Source: a virus. Taken from it: a stretch of DNA of 37,211 nt. Positions 26,601 through 35,029 of this stretch are shown here, piece after piece. Both the position numbers and the translations under genes were made by a program. The notes below the pieces were generated by a model. It saw nothing but the letters and a program-made list of their open reading frames with translations. It was not told the DNA's origin and did not search any database. The stretch lies in IMG/VR virus record IMGVR_UViG_3300045988_151330, positions 1 to 37,211 of that record; one strand, 5' to 3'. Position 1 is the stretch's first letter, and every line of letters starts with the position of its first letter.

Positions 26601-29600
26601 TTAGTTCCACCCGAAAGTTCAAAAACAAATCCGATACATTCTAAGCTTGATAATTACTTGAATAATAGAACAATCTTTGATAAAATCAAAGATGGAATAT
26701 ATAAATATCTTAAAGATAGAGGTGTTACAAATGATTCGTTTTATGAAGAACTTGATTTGGAAAATACGAATGAGAATACTGGATTGGTGGTACGAGGAAG
26801 ACGTGTAGAAGGACTAGAAAATTCTAGTTCTTTTTCTTTATCTAAAACAGACAACACTAAACCAACTGCTAATACTGATATAAGGTATTCTCAAACCAAC
26901 AATGAATGGTCAAAGTATTTAAAAGAAAATTGGGACTTGATGCCGAATGCAAAGAAGACTTTTGGATTTCCTACGAACGAACAACTGCAAGTAATGGATA
27001 ATAAAAAAATAGCTGAAGGTGTAGATACTTTGAATTTAAAAGAAAATAAAATTAAATCTTTAGAAGATATAGCTAGTATGTCGGAAGAAGATATTAGAAA
27101 AGGTGTAAATTATAAGCACAAAAAAGATAAAGATACACAATATGAGAGAAAATTTTTTAAAAATGCAGAAACGTCTAAAGTGATAAGTCAAGAAGTTAAA
27201 GATAGTATAGATATTACTACCTATGAAAGGCAATCAAATGAACAAACACTAGAAAAAGCTAAAATTAAGTTAGATGAACAAGGAGATAAACTTATAAAAC
27301 AATGGGAAACTAAAACTAAAAACTTCACAGCTGAAGATGTTGCAATTGGAGCAATACTTATAGAGAGATATCAGCAAATGGGAGATACAGAGTCTGCTGT
27401 AAATGTTGTTCAAAAATTAGCTGATATGGGAACTGAAGTAGGGCGTGCTGTTCAAATGTTTTCTATATTTCAAAGATTAACTCCTGAAGCCATGATGGTT
27501 TATCAGCAAAGAAAATTAAACGATGTATTTAAAGAAATATCACAAAGAAAAACCGGAGAATGGGTAGAAGCTAACAAAGAAAAATTTAAGCTTACCGCAG
27601 AAGATAATCAATTTATTACTGAACAAGTTGAAAAAGCTCAACAAGCAACATCAGAAAGAGAGAAACAAATAGAACTTGCTAAAATTGAAAAAAGAGTAAA
27701 TGCTAAACTTCCGCCAGAAAGAGGGCAAACAATTAAAGCAATTAGAAGAATGGCAATGTTGTTTAATCCTAAAACGCAAGTAAGAAATGTGGTTGGTAAT
27801 GCTCTTATAATGCCTGTAAATGATGTAGCTGATATAATTGGAACACAAATAGATAAGTTGATAGCTAAAAAAACAGGGGTAAGAACAACAAATTATGCCG
27901 ATTTAAAAGAAAAAGGTAAAGGATTTAAAAAAGGTATTACTGAAGCTGTACAAGATTATAAAATGGGAATAAGAACAGAACCTTCTGGAAGCAAGTATGA
28001 GTTTAATTTTGGTGGCAAATCATTTAATGAAAACACTAAATCAAAAATATTAAATGCTATAAATAATAAATTAAATGGTATAGAAAATTTATTAGGTGCT
28101 GTAATGAGTGGTGGAGATAGACCTTTCTATGAGGCCGTTTTTAATAATTCGCTACAAGGACAAATGAAAGCTAACAATGCAACAACACCTACTACAGAAA
28201 TGATCGACATAGCGGTTAATGAGGCTCTATCTAGAACTTGGAATGATAACAATAGTTATACAGAAGCTGTTTTAGGGATAAGAAGACAAATGAATAAACT
28301 AAATGTAGGTGGTTTTGGTTTGGGAGATTTAATAATACCTTTTGCTAAAACCCCAGCAAATCTAACTAAGGCAATAGTTGAATATAGTCCACTTGGAGCG
28401 GTTGAAGCAATTATCAATTATTCTGATATGAAAAAAGCTATATCAAGAGGCGAAATGACAGCACAACAACAAAAGAATTTTGTAAATAGTACTTCGAAAG
28501 CGATAGCAGGTTCAATTTTATATTTAATAGCGGGTGCTCTAGCACAAAGTGGTGCAGTGACTGGTTCTGCAGATGATGACAAAGATGTTAAAAATTTTGA
28601 ACAGAATGTACTAGGGATACAGCCTTATTCAATAAAAATAGGAGACAAAACTTTCACCTATAGTTGGGCAAATCCATTAAATGCACCATTAGCTATAATG
28701 GCAGATACATACAAAATGAGTAAAGAAAAAGCTGGTTTATTTGATATTTTAACAAATGGCTTTAAAGTGGCTGGTGAGGTTGTGGTTGACAACTCGTTTT
28801 TGCAAGGAATAAAAGAATTGTTTGAAGCCGACTCAATATCTGAGGGAGTGGTTAATGCGATAGTGGATATGCCCGCTCAATTTGTACCTACTTTTCTATC
28901 TCAGTTTGCTACATTAGGAGATAAAACTAAAAGACAAACATTTGAATACGGAGATAAATTAAAATCTACTATGAATCAAATAAAAGCTAAAATCCCAGGG
29001 GCGAAGAATACCCTAGCACCTACAGTTAATACTTTCGGAGAAGAAGTTGAAAATTACGGTGGAGACAATAATGCATTTAATGTCTTTCTAAACCCTGCAA
29101 ATATAAGTAAAGCAAACGCAACTGACACGCAAAAAGAATTATATGCATTATATGAAGCAACAAAAGATAAAACTATATTTCCAATGCAAGCTCCATACTA
29201 TTTAAGCGATGATGGCGAGAAAGTAAATCTTTCTAGTAATGAACGCTCAGAATATCAAAAACGAAGTGGAGAATATGTATCAAAAGAATTACATGCTTTG
29301 TTTGATAGTGAGTTTTATAAGACTTTAGAGAACGAAGATAAAGTTGAAGTAGTAAATAAAATTGTTAAAGATGCTAACACTCATGCAAAATCTAAATGGA
29401 TTACAACTAAAGCTACAGAAGAATTACAAAAAACACAAGATGAATTAAAAGATGTTCCAATGGTAGATTACTACAATGCTTGGCTTGCTCAAAAAGATGC
29501 AGAAGGAAAGAAAAATACATTTGGTAAAACAATATCGGGTACGAAGAAAAAAGCTAAAATCAAGGCAATAAATGAGGCTGTTGATGACGATTTAACACCT

Positions 29601-29642
29601 AGACAAAAGAAAATACTATATGGAATATTTAATGTGGATTAG
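23685..29642 (+). CDS. Giant (1985 aa) multidomain virion protein with two HExxH zincin-like motifs; polyvalent ejected-protein candidate
   Basis: VAVHEMLHDLEG and LIHEIQHAIQKIEGFEKGKGF. Strong RBS AAGGGGGT. Sits in the structural block. Confidence 0.7.
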   Translation: MPLDWRKIRSTGTTTQGSSKSRLNWDEIRNKTTKLDAASIDENKARVNNTTANSTKENQSNKMLYQTKAINTIAPTNRKFAQSLPKIVNSSKVKDAGVGELITQPNAGDDFSQQDKKLFIENIKDRELKREELKSKGLKQGTADLLSKIYRKQLNNGKNIVDSTNVIQSSIGRAMGQQPSDRGKLLKVPENMKDNLRRFKDGYQFGDITTTTLENFGDSAATLGSTALEIPTRIAKGIFSVSEGIANAGASAIAGAADLIGQDEYANALRKRIAVGTPFVKTHNLLESTADKLDTNSFSGKLLDSATEGVGQSGGQMAVGAALGKFGEVPIKFGDHVLNMPTTAFATGMGSAAAETYAKADEQLGGLENATGKEKLQMALRILGGGAIEGTTEGLFGLLGVGGTDITDEFAQKAVARAENAFQKQLTKILVAGGGEAAEEFISYAGNYLMDNYANKFGKLDFSEKWNWDDVMQEMASAFISSGISQGATSVIQINKVTQNAVQLAETEQGRQLTPQEISEIRNSVADEVLGAREELESLHKDTNISENSSNIDQISQKNVQNVSNLESNQQMSISDEQNNQATVTNEIQTFVENRNKIAPGLNVEMDNTLKTDGVIIKNSDGTRTMKINPNSTRAYEFVAVHEMLHDLEGTQEYSELQKYLQDRATSHEKFEEAKQTITDKYTQYYQANGLDMSNLNMEVETVNDMTAQALGNQQFLNELAGKKPNVFMRMYNWVKNVLFDGQKTGKSFSKRRTDNKYLNELKKKFETAYNTVYKGKGETKYSIAGQIGMQNAINNDIRFQKLENNLNKAQTMAQNGIDNEYIRQNTNWFQDKNGDWKFEFSDKDMKLKPNIQLKENTTYKLGNILEHDLLFTIYPELAKCNVKVQKMENAGGSYNRENNLIRINSKLKNSEEIQNTLIHEIQHAIQKIEGFEKGKGFKTSKLAYYNSLGEIEADNTKNRYVAEKQGILNRDLVPPESSKTNPIHSKLDNYLNNRTIFDKIKDGIYKYLKDRGVTNDSFYEELDLENTNENTGLVVRGRRVEGLENSSSFSLSKTDNTKPTANTDIRYSQTNNEWSKYLKENWDLMPNAKKTFGFPTNEQLQVMDNKKIAEGVDTLNLKENKIKSLEDIASMSEEDIRKGVNYKHKKDKDTQYERKFFKNAETSKVISQEVKDSIDITTYERQSNEQTLEKAKIKLDEQGDKLIKQWETKTKNFTAEDVAIGAILIERYQQMGDTESAVNVVQKLADMGTEVGRAVQMFSIFQRLTPEAMMVYQQRKLNDVFKEISQRKTGEWVEANKEKFKLTAEDNQFITEQVEKAQQATSEREKQIELAKIEKRVNAKLPPERGQTIKAIRRMAMLFNPKTQVRNVVGNALIMPVNDVADIIGTQIDKLIAKKTGVRTTNYADLKEKGKGFKKGITEAVQDYKMGIRTEPSGSKYEFNFGGKSFNENTKSKILNAINNKLNGIENLLGAVMSGGDRPFYEAVFNNSLQGQMKANNATTPTTEMIDIAVNEALSRTWNDNNSYTEAVLGIRRQMNKLNVGGFGLGDLIIPFAKTPANLTKAIVEYSPLGAVEAIINYSDMKKAISRGEMTAQQQKNFVNSTSKAIAGSILYLIAGALAQSGAVTGSADDDKDVKNFEQNVLGIQPYSIKIGDKTFTYSWANPLNAPLAIMADTYKMSKEKAGLFDILTNGFKVAGEVVVDNSFLQGIKELFEADSISEGVVNAIVDMPAQFVPTFLSQFATLGDKTKRQTFEYGDKLKSTMNQIKAKIPGAKNTLAPTVNTFGEEVENYGGDNNAFNVFLNPANISKANATDTQKELYALYEATKDKTIFPMQAPYYLSDDGEKVNLSSNERSEYQKRSGEYVSKELHALFDSEFYKTLENEDKVEVVNKIVKDANTHAKSKWITTKATEELQKTQDELKDVPMVDYYNAWLAQKDAEGKKNTFGKTISGTKKKAKIKAINEAVDDDLTPRQKKILYGIFNVD

Positions 29643-29693
29643 AGAGCCTTTTTAGGTTCTCTTTTCTATATAAAAAGAAAAGGAGGGAGAGGC

Positions 29694-30005
29694 ATGGCTA
29701 AGATTTATCGAGGTGACACATTTCCATTTACGGTGGCATTTGATGGCTATACGTTTCAAGCTGGGGACGTGATAACAGCAAGCTTTATGAGCAAAACAGA
29801 GGATGATGATGCAGAGTATACCATATTAAAAATAATAGAATATACTGTGCAAAACGAATGTGAAAAAGTTCAGCTTGAATTTAGTAGAGAAGATATGTAT
29901 GACATATCTGGAGATGTTGTTCTTGAAGTAAGAGTAGTAACAATTACAGGAACAGAAATGACAGTTCAAAAAGAATACTCAATCGGAAAGGATGGTATCA
30001 GATGA
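29694..30005 (+). CDS. Hypothetical small virion protein
   Basis: 103 aa. RBS AAAGGAGGGAGAGG. Confidence 0.5.
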   Translation: MAKIYRGDTFPFTVAFDGYTFQAGDVITASFMSKTEDDDAEYTILKIIEYTVQNECEKVQLEFSREDMYDISGDVVLEVRVVTITGTEMTVQKEYSIGKDGIR

Positions 30006-30736
30006 ACGAAATAAACGGAAAAATCGAAAGAATTGAAGTGAATGGGGAAATTAAATACTCTGGTGATGTTGGTCCGAAAGGTCCCGTTGGACCTGAAGGA
30101 AAACGAGGACCACAAGGAGAAAAAGGCGATATTGGTCCAGCCGGTCCACAGGGGCCAAAGGGTGAAACAGGAAGTGTTGGTCCACAAGGTCCAGAGGGAA
30201 AAAGAGGCTTACAAGGTTTAACTGGTGAACGAGGACCACAAGGTGAAAAGGGAGATACAGGCAGTCCAGGTGCAGATGGAATAAGCCCAACGGTATCTGT
30301 GTCTAAAAGTGGCAAGATAACAACTATTGAAATAACAGATAAAGACGGTACAAAGACAATAACGATAAAAGACGGAGAAGATGGCAAAACTTACGATGAC
30401 ACAGAAATAAGAGGAGAAATAGAAGCTAAGGTATCAAAAGTAGAAGGAAAAGGACTTAGCACGAATGACTATACAGAGGAAGAAAAAGCAAAATTAGCAG
30501 GACTTAATAACTATACATTACCAGTTGCAACTTCTAATACGTTAGGTGGAGTAAAAGCTGGCGAGAACGTTAATATTGGAGCAGATGGCACATTAAATGT
30601 AACAGGCGGTGGAGAGATTTCAAATGCAGAAAATACAAATATTCAGGTGCTTAAAATATGGGTAGGAACACAAGCTCAATTTAATGCTATAACAGCCTTA
30701 GACGCAAACACAGAATACAACATTATAGAGGAGTGA
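30002..30736 (+). CDS. Collagen-like (G-X-Y) fibre protein
   Basis: About 24 uninterrupted G-X-Y triplets (GPKGPVGPEGKRGPQGEKGDIGPAGPQGPKGETG...). Confidence 0.7.
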   Translation: MNEINGKIERIEVNGEIKYSGDVGPKGPVGPEGKRGPQGEKGDIGPAGPQGPKGETGSVGPQGPEGKRGLQGLTGERGPQGEKGDTGSPGADGISPTVSVSKSGKITTIEITDKDGTKTITIKDGEDGKTYDDTEIRGEIEAKVSKVEGKGLSTNDYTEEEKAKLAGLNNYTLPVATSNTLGGVKAGENVNIGADGTLNVTGGGEISNAENTNIQVLKIWVGTQAQFNAITALDANTEYNIIEE

Positions 30737-30740
30737 TAGT

Positions 30741-32789
30741 ATGATAAGAATAAAAAATAATATTACTCCTAGGTTGCCTGATGAGTACCAGGAAGTAGAG
30801 TACATCCAAAGTACAGGAACGCAATATATAAATACTAATTATAAAATAACTTTAAATACTGAATTTGTTGTCGATGGAATGATAATTGGCGGTGAATATT
30901 TTGCAATAGCAGGGAAATATGGGTATTATATAAGTGGAATATTTGGCCACGGTAGCACTTTAAAAATTTGTGCAAGATGGAGAAATGGGTCATCTTCTAA
31001 TATAACAGTAACAACTAGCGAAGATGTTGGAGAGAATAGGCACACATTTAAGATAAATAAAACTGCTTTTTATATGGATAATGTGAATGTTGGGAACTTT
31101 AATAGCACATACAATTTTAGCGCAACAGATGATATTTATATTTTTGGATTAGGTGAAGCTTCAATGTCAGTAGGTAGACTATATTCTATGACAATTTCTG
31201 ACAATGGTGTTTTAGTTCGTAAGTTAATACCTTGTTATCGCAAATCAGATAATGAAATAGGTTTGTATGATTTGATAAATAATGTGTTTTATGCTAATGC
31301 TGGCACAGGCACATTTATAATGGGAACAGAGGTAAATAAGCCATACGGCAATTTAATGCCTAACTTTATTGCCAACTGGTTGCCTAGTGAATATCAGCCC
31401 GTTGAATATATTGAAAGTACTGGGACTCAATATATAAATACAAATGTGTTGGCAGATACAGTGGGGAGATTTGTTATAGACGCGGAATTTACGGAAATAT
31501 CAAATGAAATTAACGGAAGTATAAACAGTGGCGTCGCTTTAGATATAGGCATCATATCAAACAAATTCTTTTTAAGAAATGGTGCGCCAAATGATGTGAC
31601 AGCTAGTGCAGATATAAATAGACATGAGTTTGAAGTTGATACTATAAATTCTAAATGTTATATAGATGAGACAGTGGTGTCAACTGCAAGTGGGTCTAAG
31701 CCCAATTTTAACTTATATCTATTTGCGAGAAACAATGAAAGTTTAGGAACAACTACAACTGCATATTTCTGTAAGCAAAAATTATATTCATGTAAAATAT
31801 ACAATCTAAACAATACATTAATTCGTGATTTCATACCTTGTTACCGAAAATTAGACAATACAGCTGGTTTATACGATTTAGCAAATGGAGTATTTTATGC
31901 AAATCAAGGAACTGGCGTGTTTTTAATGGGCGAAGTAGTAGGAAAAGCTGATGTAAATTTAATTCCTATGATTGGTAGTAAAAAGCTGTTAAAAAGGTAC
32001 GTTGGAGAAAAACTAGTATACGGAGAAAAAGAAGCCGAATATGAACAGCAAGTCAACTATGCAATGATATATGACAATTCTTTAAATGATGCAGAACTGA
32101 ATAAATGTGTAAATAGTCCTAGTGGAGGTTGGACTTCGTGTTATTATTATAGTAGTTCATATTCTGCATGGGAGAGCAATGCTAATTATCTAAAGGCTTC
32201 CGTTCGTGCAAAATCATCATGCACTGCAAACTGGAGAACAACTAAGAAAATAAAATTAGATGATTATGCAGCTGTAATCATGCAACTTAAACACTCTTAC
32301 GTTGAGGCTGAAAACGTTACTTTTACTAGTGATACTACAGGTTTAAGAAATTATGATATTTGCTGGGTTGGGGTACAGGATAGAGACAGAACAAACGATG
32401 TTACGCACGAATGCATAGCAGATACTACTAATATAACGGGTGAATATTATCTTTCACAATATTCGAATGGAGACGTTAGTGCATTTGAGTATTATATTTA
32501 TAATTCGGCATTATTTAAAAAAGATGATTGGCAGACGCTATGCTCCAAAGCGGGATTAAATCCTACAGATTATAATAACGAAAATACACTATGTAAAGAC
32601 ACAACTGCTATTTCGACAATATTATCTAATCAGTCAGCTGTGCAGTATATGATATATAACTGTACTGGATCTTTTATGGCTTATTTTGTTGTGAGAGAAA
32701 CATGCTTAACAGCTTTAAATAATAGTCCGTATAAAACATTAATTCAAGCAAACAAACACTGGAATAAATTTTTAAACATGGTAGCATAG
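30741..32789 (+). CDS. Receptor-binding/tail-fibre protein with a tandemly duplicated ~200-aa domain
   Basis: Repeat units start at RLPDEYQEVEYIQSTGTQYINTN and WLPSEYQPVEYIESTGTQYINTN. Both contain IPCYRK(S/L)DN..GLYDL.N.VFYAN.GTG.F.MG. A distinct Cys-rich C-terminal domain follows. Confidence 0.55.
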   Translation: MIRIKNNITPRLPDEYQEVEYIQSTGTQYINTNYKITLNTEFVVDGMIIGGEYFAIAGKYGYYISGIFGHGSTLKICARWRNGSSSNITVTTSEDVGENRHTFKINKTAFYMDNVNVGNFNSTYNFSATDDIYIFGLGEASMSVGRLYSMTISDNGVLVRKLIPCYRKSDNEIGLYDLINNVFYANAGTGTFIMGTEVNKPYGNLMPNFIANWLPSEYQPVEYIESTGTQYINTNVLADTVGRFVIDAEFTEISNEINGSINSGVALDIGIISNKFFLRNGAPNDVTASADINRHEFEVDTINSKCYIDETVVSTASGSKPNFNLYLFARNNESLGTTTTAYFCKQKLYSCKIYNLNNTLIRDFIPCYRKLDNTAGLYDLANGVFYANQGTGVFLMGEVVGKADVNLIPMIGSKKLLKRYVGEKLVYGEKEAEYEQQVNYAMIYDNSLNDAELNKCVNSPSGGWTSCYYYSSSYSAWESNANYLKASVRAKSSCTANWRTTKKIKLDDYAAVIMQLKHSYVEAENVTFTSDTTGLRNYDICWVGVQDRDRTNDVTHECIADTTNITGEYYLSQYSNGDVSAFEYYIYNSALFKKDDWQTLCSKAGLNPTDYNNENTLCKDTTAISTILSNQSAVQYMIYNCTGSFMAYFVVRETCLTALNNSPYKTLIQANKHWNKFLNMVA

Positions 32790-32805
32790 AAAGGAGAAAT
32801 GAACA

Positions 32806-33426
32806 ATGGGATATTATCCAAAAATAGAATGGGACGATAATGCGACGACAACTGAAAAATTGAGAGCAATTTATAATTTACTCAATTGGCTTTTATTTGA
32901 AATGTCACAAGGAAGAGTAAAAACTAATAAAGAAGAATTGATTGAAAATATAAAAAACACAAAAGAAGAATTAAACCTACCAATTTCAATAGCTTTTGTA
33001 AAATTAGCTGAGAGTGGTAATATAGATGAAGCAACAGCAAGCGAAAATGCAAACTTGTTTTTACCTTGGGCAACTAATACAAATTATAAAATTGGAGATT
33101 TGAGAACATATCCACAAGAGAAAGAAATTCAAACTGCTGAAGGTGAAACAGTTACCGTCGCAGAAAAGGTATTGTACAAATGTTTACAGACCCATACTTC
33201 ACAAGATAATTGGACTCCTGATGTTAGTTCATCATTATGGAAGAGCTTGAGCGTGAATGAAAATGGTATTTCCGAATGGTCACAACCTATATCTAGTGTA
33301 GATGCTTATAATACAGGTGATGAAGTAATGTATAATGGAGTACATTATAGATCTATCATTGATAATAATGTTTGGGCCCCTGATGCGTATCCTCAAGGTT
33401 GGGAGGTAGTTGCAGATGACAATTGA
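32806..33426 (+). CDS. Small protein with two CBM5/12-like carbohydrate-binding repeats
   Basis: W..NT.YKIGD...Y and WS.P....AYNTGDEVMYNGVHYRS...NVWAPD..PQGWE. Confidence 0.5.
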   Translation: MGYYPKIEWDDNATTTEKLRAIYNLLNWLLFEMSQGRVKTNKEELIENIKNTKEELNLPISIAFVKLAESGNIDEATASENANLFLPWATNTNYKIGDLRTYPQEKEIQTAEGETVTVAEKVLYKCLQTHTSQDNWTPDVSSSLWKSLSVNENGISEWSQPISSVDAYNTGDEVMYNGVHYRSIIDNNVWAPDAYPQGWEVVADDN

Positions 33427-33757
33427 TGTAGATATTTTAATTAAAATAATAAAATTTATAGCAGAACTAATAACATCGTGTGGAGTTATTATGGTGTTTG
33501 GGAAAAAATACTTCGACAAAATGGTTTTAAAAATTACAACGCCTATATTAGAGAAAATTGATAAAATGGACAAAAACCAATGTATGAACTATCTTACAGA
33601 GTTTTTAGCAGATGTTCGTAGCGGTGTGCATAAAACAGAATATCAAAAAGCTCGTGCTCATGATGTATACAAGCATTACAGTACCGACTTAAACGGTAAC
33701 TCGTATATACACGAACAGTGGGAACTTTATATGACTGAAAGGAGTGAGAAAAGATGA
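33410..33757 (+). CDS. XhlA-like membrane protein of the lysis cassette
   Basis: 115 aa. One N-terminal TM helix. Sits directly upstream of the holin. Confidence 0.4.
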   Translation: MQMTIDVDILIKIIKFIAELITSCGVIMVFGKKYFDKMVLKITTPILEKIDKMDKNQCMNYLTEFLADVRSGVHKTEYQKARAHDVYKHYSTDLNGNSYIHEQWELYMTERSEKR

Positions 33758-33957
33758 AAGAACTAAAAAAGTTAATAGATGTAAAAAGTATAGTTACATT
33801 ACTTTTTACGGTTTTAGTATGTATACTAGCTTTTAAGAAAGTTATAACAGGTGAACAGGTTATGATGACATATACAACCATCATAGCCTTTTATTTTGGC
33901 ACTCAATCTAATAAAAAGAAAGAGGTGAATGCTGATGAAAACAAATCTTCGGACTAG
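33754..33957 (+). CDS. Holin
   Basis: 67 aa. Two hydrophobic helices and a charged C-terminus (KKKEVNADENKSSD). Confidence 0.55.
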   Translation: MKELKKLIDVKSIVTLLFTVLVCILAFKKVITGEQVMMTYTTIIAFYFGTQSNKKKEVNADENKSSD

Positions 33958-34598
33958 TAGAATATTGCAGAGCTCAACTTGGCAAGCCATATTGGTGGGG
34001 CACATTCGGACAAGTTGCTTCGGAGAGCCTTTTAAGACAAAAATCAGCACAATATCCTAAATACTATACATCCACTGATTTTGTTAAGCAATACGGTCAA
34101 AAAGTGCACGATTGTGTAGGCTTAATTAAGGGATACTTATGGTGCGAAAATGCAAATTCTTATCCTTTATATAATGCAAGTCAAGACAAAGACGTATCAG
34201 GAATGAAAGCAAATTGCAGCGAGCGAGGAAGTTTAGACACAATACCAGATATTCCTGGTGTGCTCGTTTTTATGCCTGGCCATGTAGGAATTTATATTGG
34301 AAAAGGCAAAGTAATTGAAGCAAGAGGACACGCTTATGGCGTTGTAGAAACCAATTTGACAGGTAGAGGCTGGAAAGAATGGGGAAAACTTGATTGGATA
34401 AAGTACGAGGAGGGAAATACGATGTTTGAAGCTGGACAAGGCAAGGAAGCAATAGAATACTTAGTTGAACAAGGCAGGATAACAAATAAAGAACAGGCAT
34501 TACAGAAGCTTGATTTAATCAAAAATGAAGAATGGACCTATATCAAATGGGCTAATGATGTCAAAAAATTAGAAAAGCAAATCAACAAAAAAAGTTAA
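33939..34598 (+). CDS. NlpC/P60-family endolysin. The conserved N-terminus (from 33939) has no in-frame canonical start; the first in-frame start is GTG at 34104
   Basis: Frame-0 reading EYCRAQLGKPYWWGTFGQ...HDCVGLIKGY...GHVGIYIG...EARGHAYG (Cys/His/His). An ATG with a strong RBS lies at 33935 but in a different frame. Confidence 0.6.
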   Translation, partial: KQIFGLVEYCRAQLGKPYWWGTFGQVASESLLRQKSAQYPKYYTSTDFVKQYGQKVHDCVGLIKGYLWCENANSYPLYNASQDKDVSGMKANCSERGSLDTIPDIPGVLVFMPGHVGIYIGKGKVIEARGHAYGVVETNLTGRGWKEWGKLDWIKYEEGNTMFEAGQGKEAIEYLVEQGRITNKEQALQKLDLIKNEEWTYIKWANDVKKLEKQINKKS

Positions 34599-34617
34599 TA
34601 AAGTTTACTTGATTTTG

Positions 34618-34645
34618 TTGACAAATTAAAAATAACGTGTATAAT
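34618..34645 (+). promoter_or_regulatory. Consensus sigma-A promoter
   Basis: TTGACA (34618-34623), 16 nt, TATAAT (34640-34645). Confidence 0.55.
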
Positions 34646-34666
34646 GTAATCAAAGGAGGGAGACAT

Positions 34667-35029
34667 ATGTTAAGTGAGTTTGGAAAATTCTGTCGTAGGC
34701 TAAGAATCGAAAGAGGAGAGCTGTTAAAAAATATGGCACAAAAGTTACAGGTAACGTCTTCTTATTTATCGGCGGTAGAGACAGGAAAAAGGGCAGTTCC
34801 AGAAACTTGGATAAAGAAGATCTCCGATGAATACAATTTGAGTCCAAAAGAAGTAGAAGAATTAAAAAGAGCAAGAGATATTTCTTCACAGGTAATAAAA
34901 GTTGACTTTAATAATAAAAGTGACTCTGATAAGGAAACTTTATTAAAACTAGCAAGAAGTTTTGATAGTTTTAGTTCAGAAACAAAAGCTAAGTTAATTG
35001 AAATAATCAAGGAGGAAAACAATAAGTGA
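34667..35029 (+). CDS. XRE-family HTH regulator (ImmR/CapH-like)
   Basis: FGKFCRRLRIERGELLKNMAQKLQVTSSYLSAVETGKRAVP. RBS GGAGGGAG. Stop overlaps the start of the next gene. Confidence 0.65.
   Translation: MLSEFGKFCRRLRIERGELLKNMAQKLQVTSSYLSAVETGKRAVPETWIKKISDEYNLSPKEVEELKRARDISSQVIKVDFNNKSDSDKETLLKLARSFDSFSSETKAKLIEIIKEENNK

Noticed and set aside
23685-29642. Giant ORF considered as the tape-measure protein
   Set aside because: No tape-measure character (not a long Ala/Leu-rich helical protein with TM segments) and no neighbouring tail tube, sheath or chaperone with frameshift. It has HExxH motifs and a multidomain polyvalent-like composition instead.
29966-30387. Minus-strand ORFs 29966-30187, 29998-30387 and 30051-30290 with P/G-rich translations
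   Set aside because: They are the antisense reading of the GGN-rich collagen (G-X-Y) repeat DNA. Such regions always yield open antisense frames.
33280-34522. Minus-strand ORFs 33280-33573, 33594-33884, 33826-34050, 34233-34439, 34270-34500 and 34334-34522 across the lysis cassette
   Set aside because: Antisense to the XhlA-like, holin and NlpC/P60 genes. No start context.
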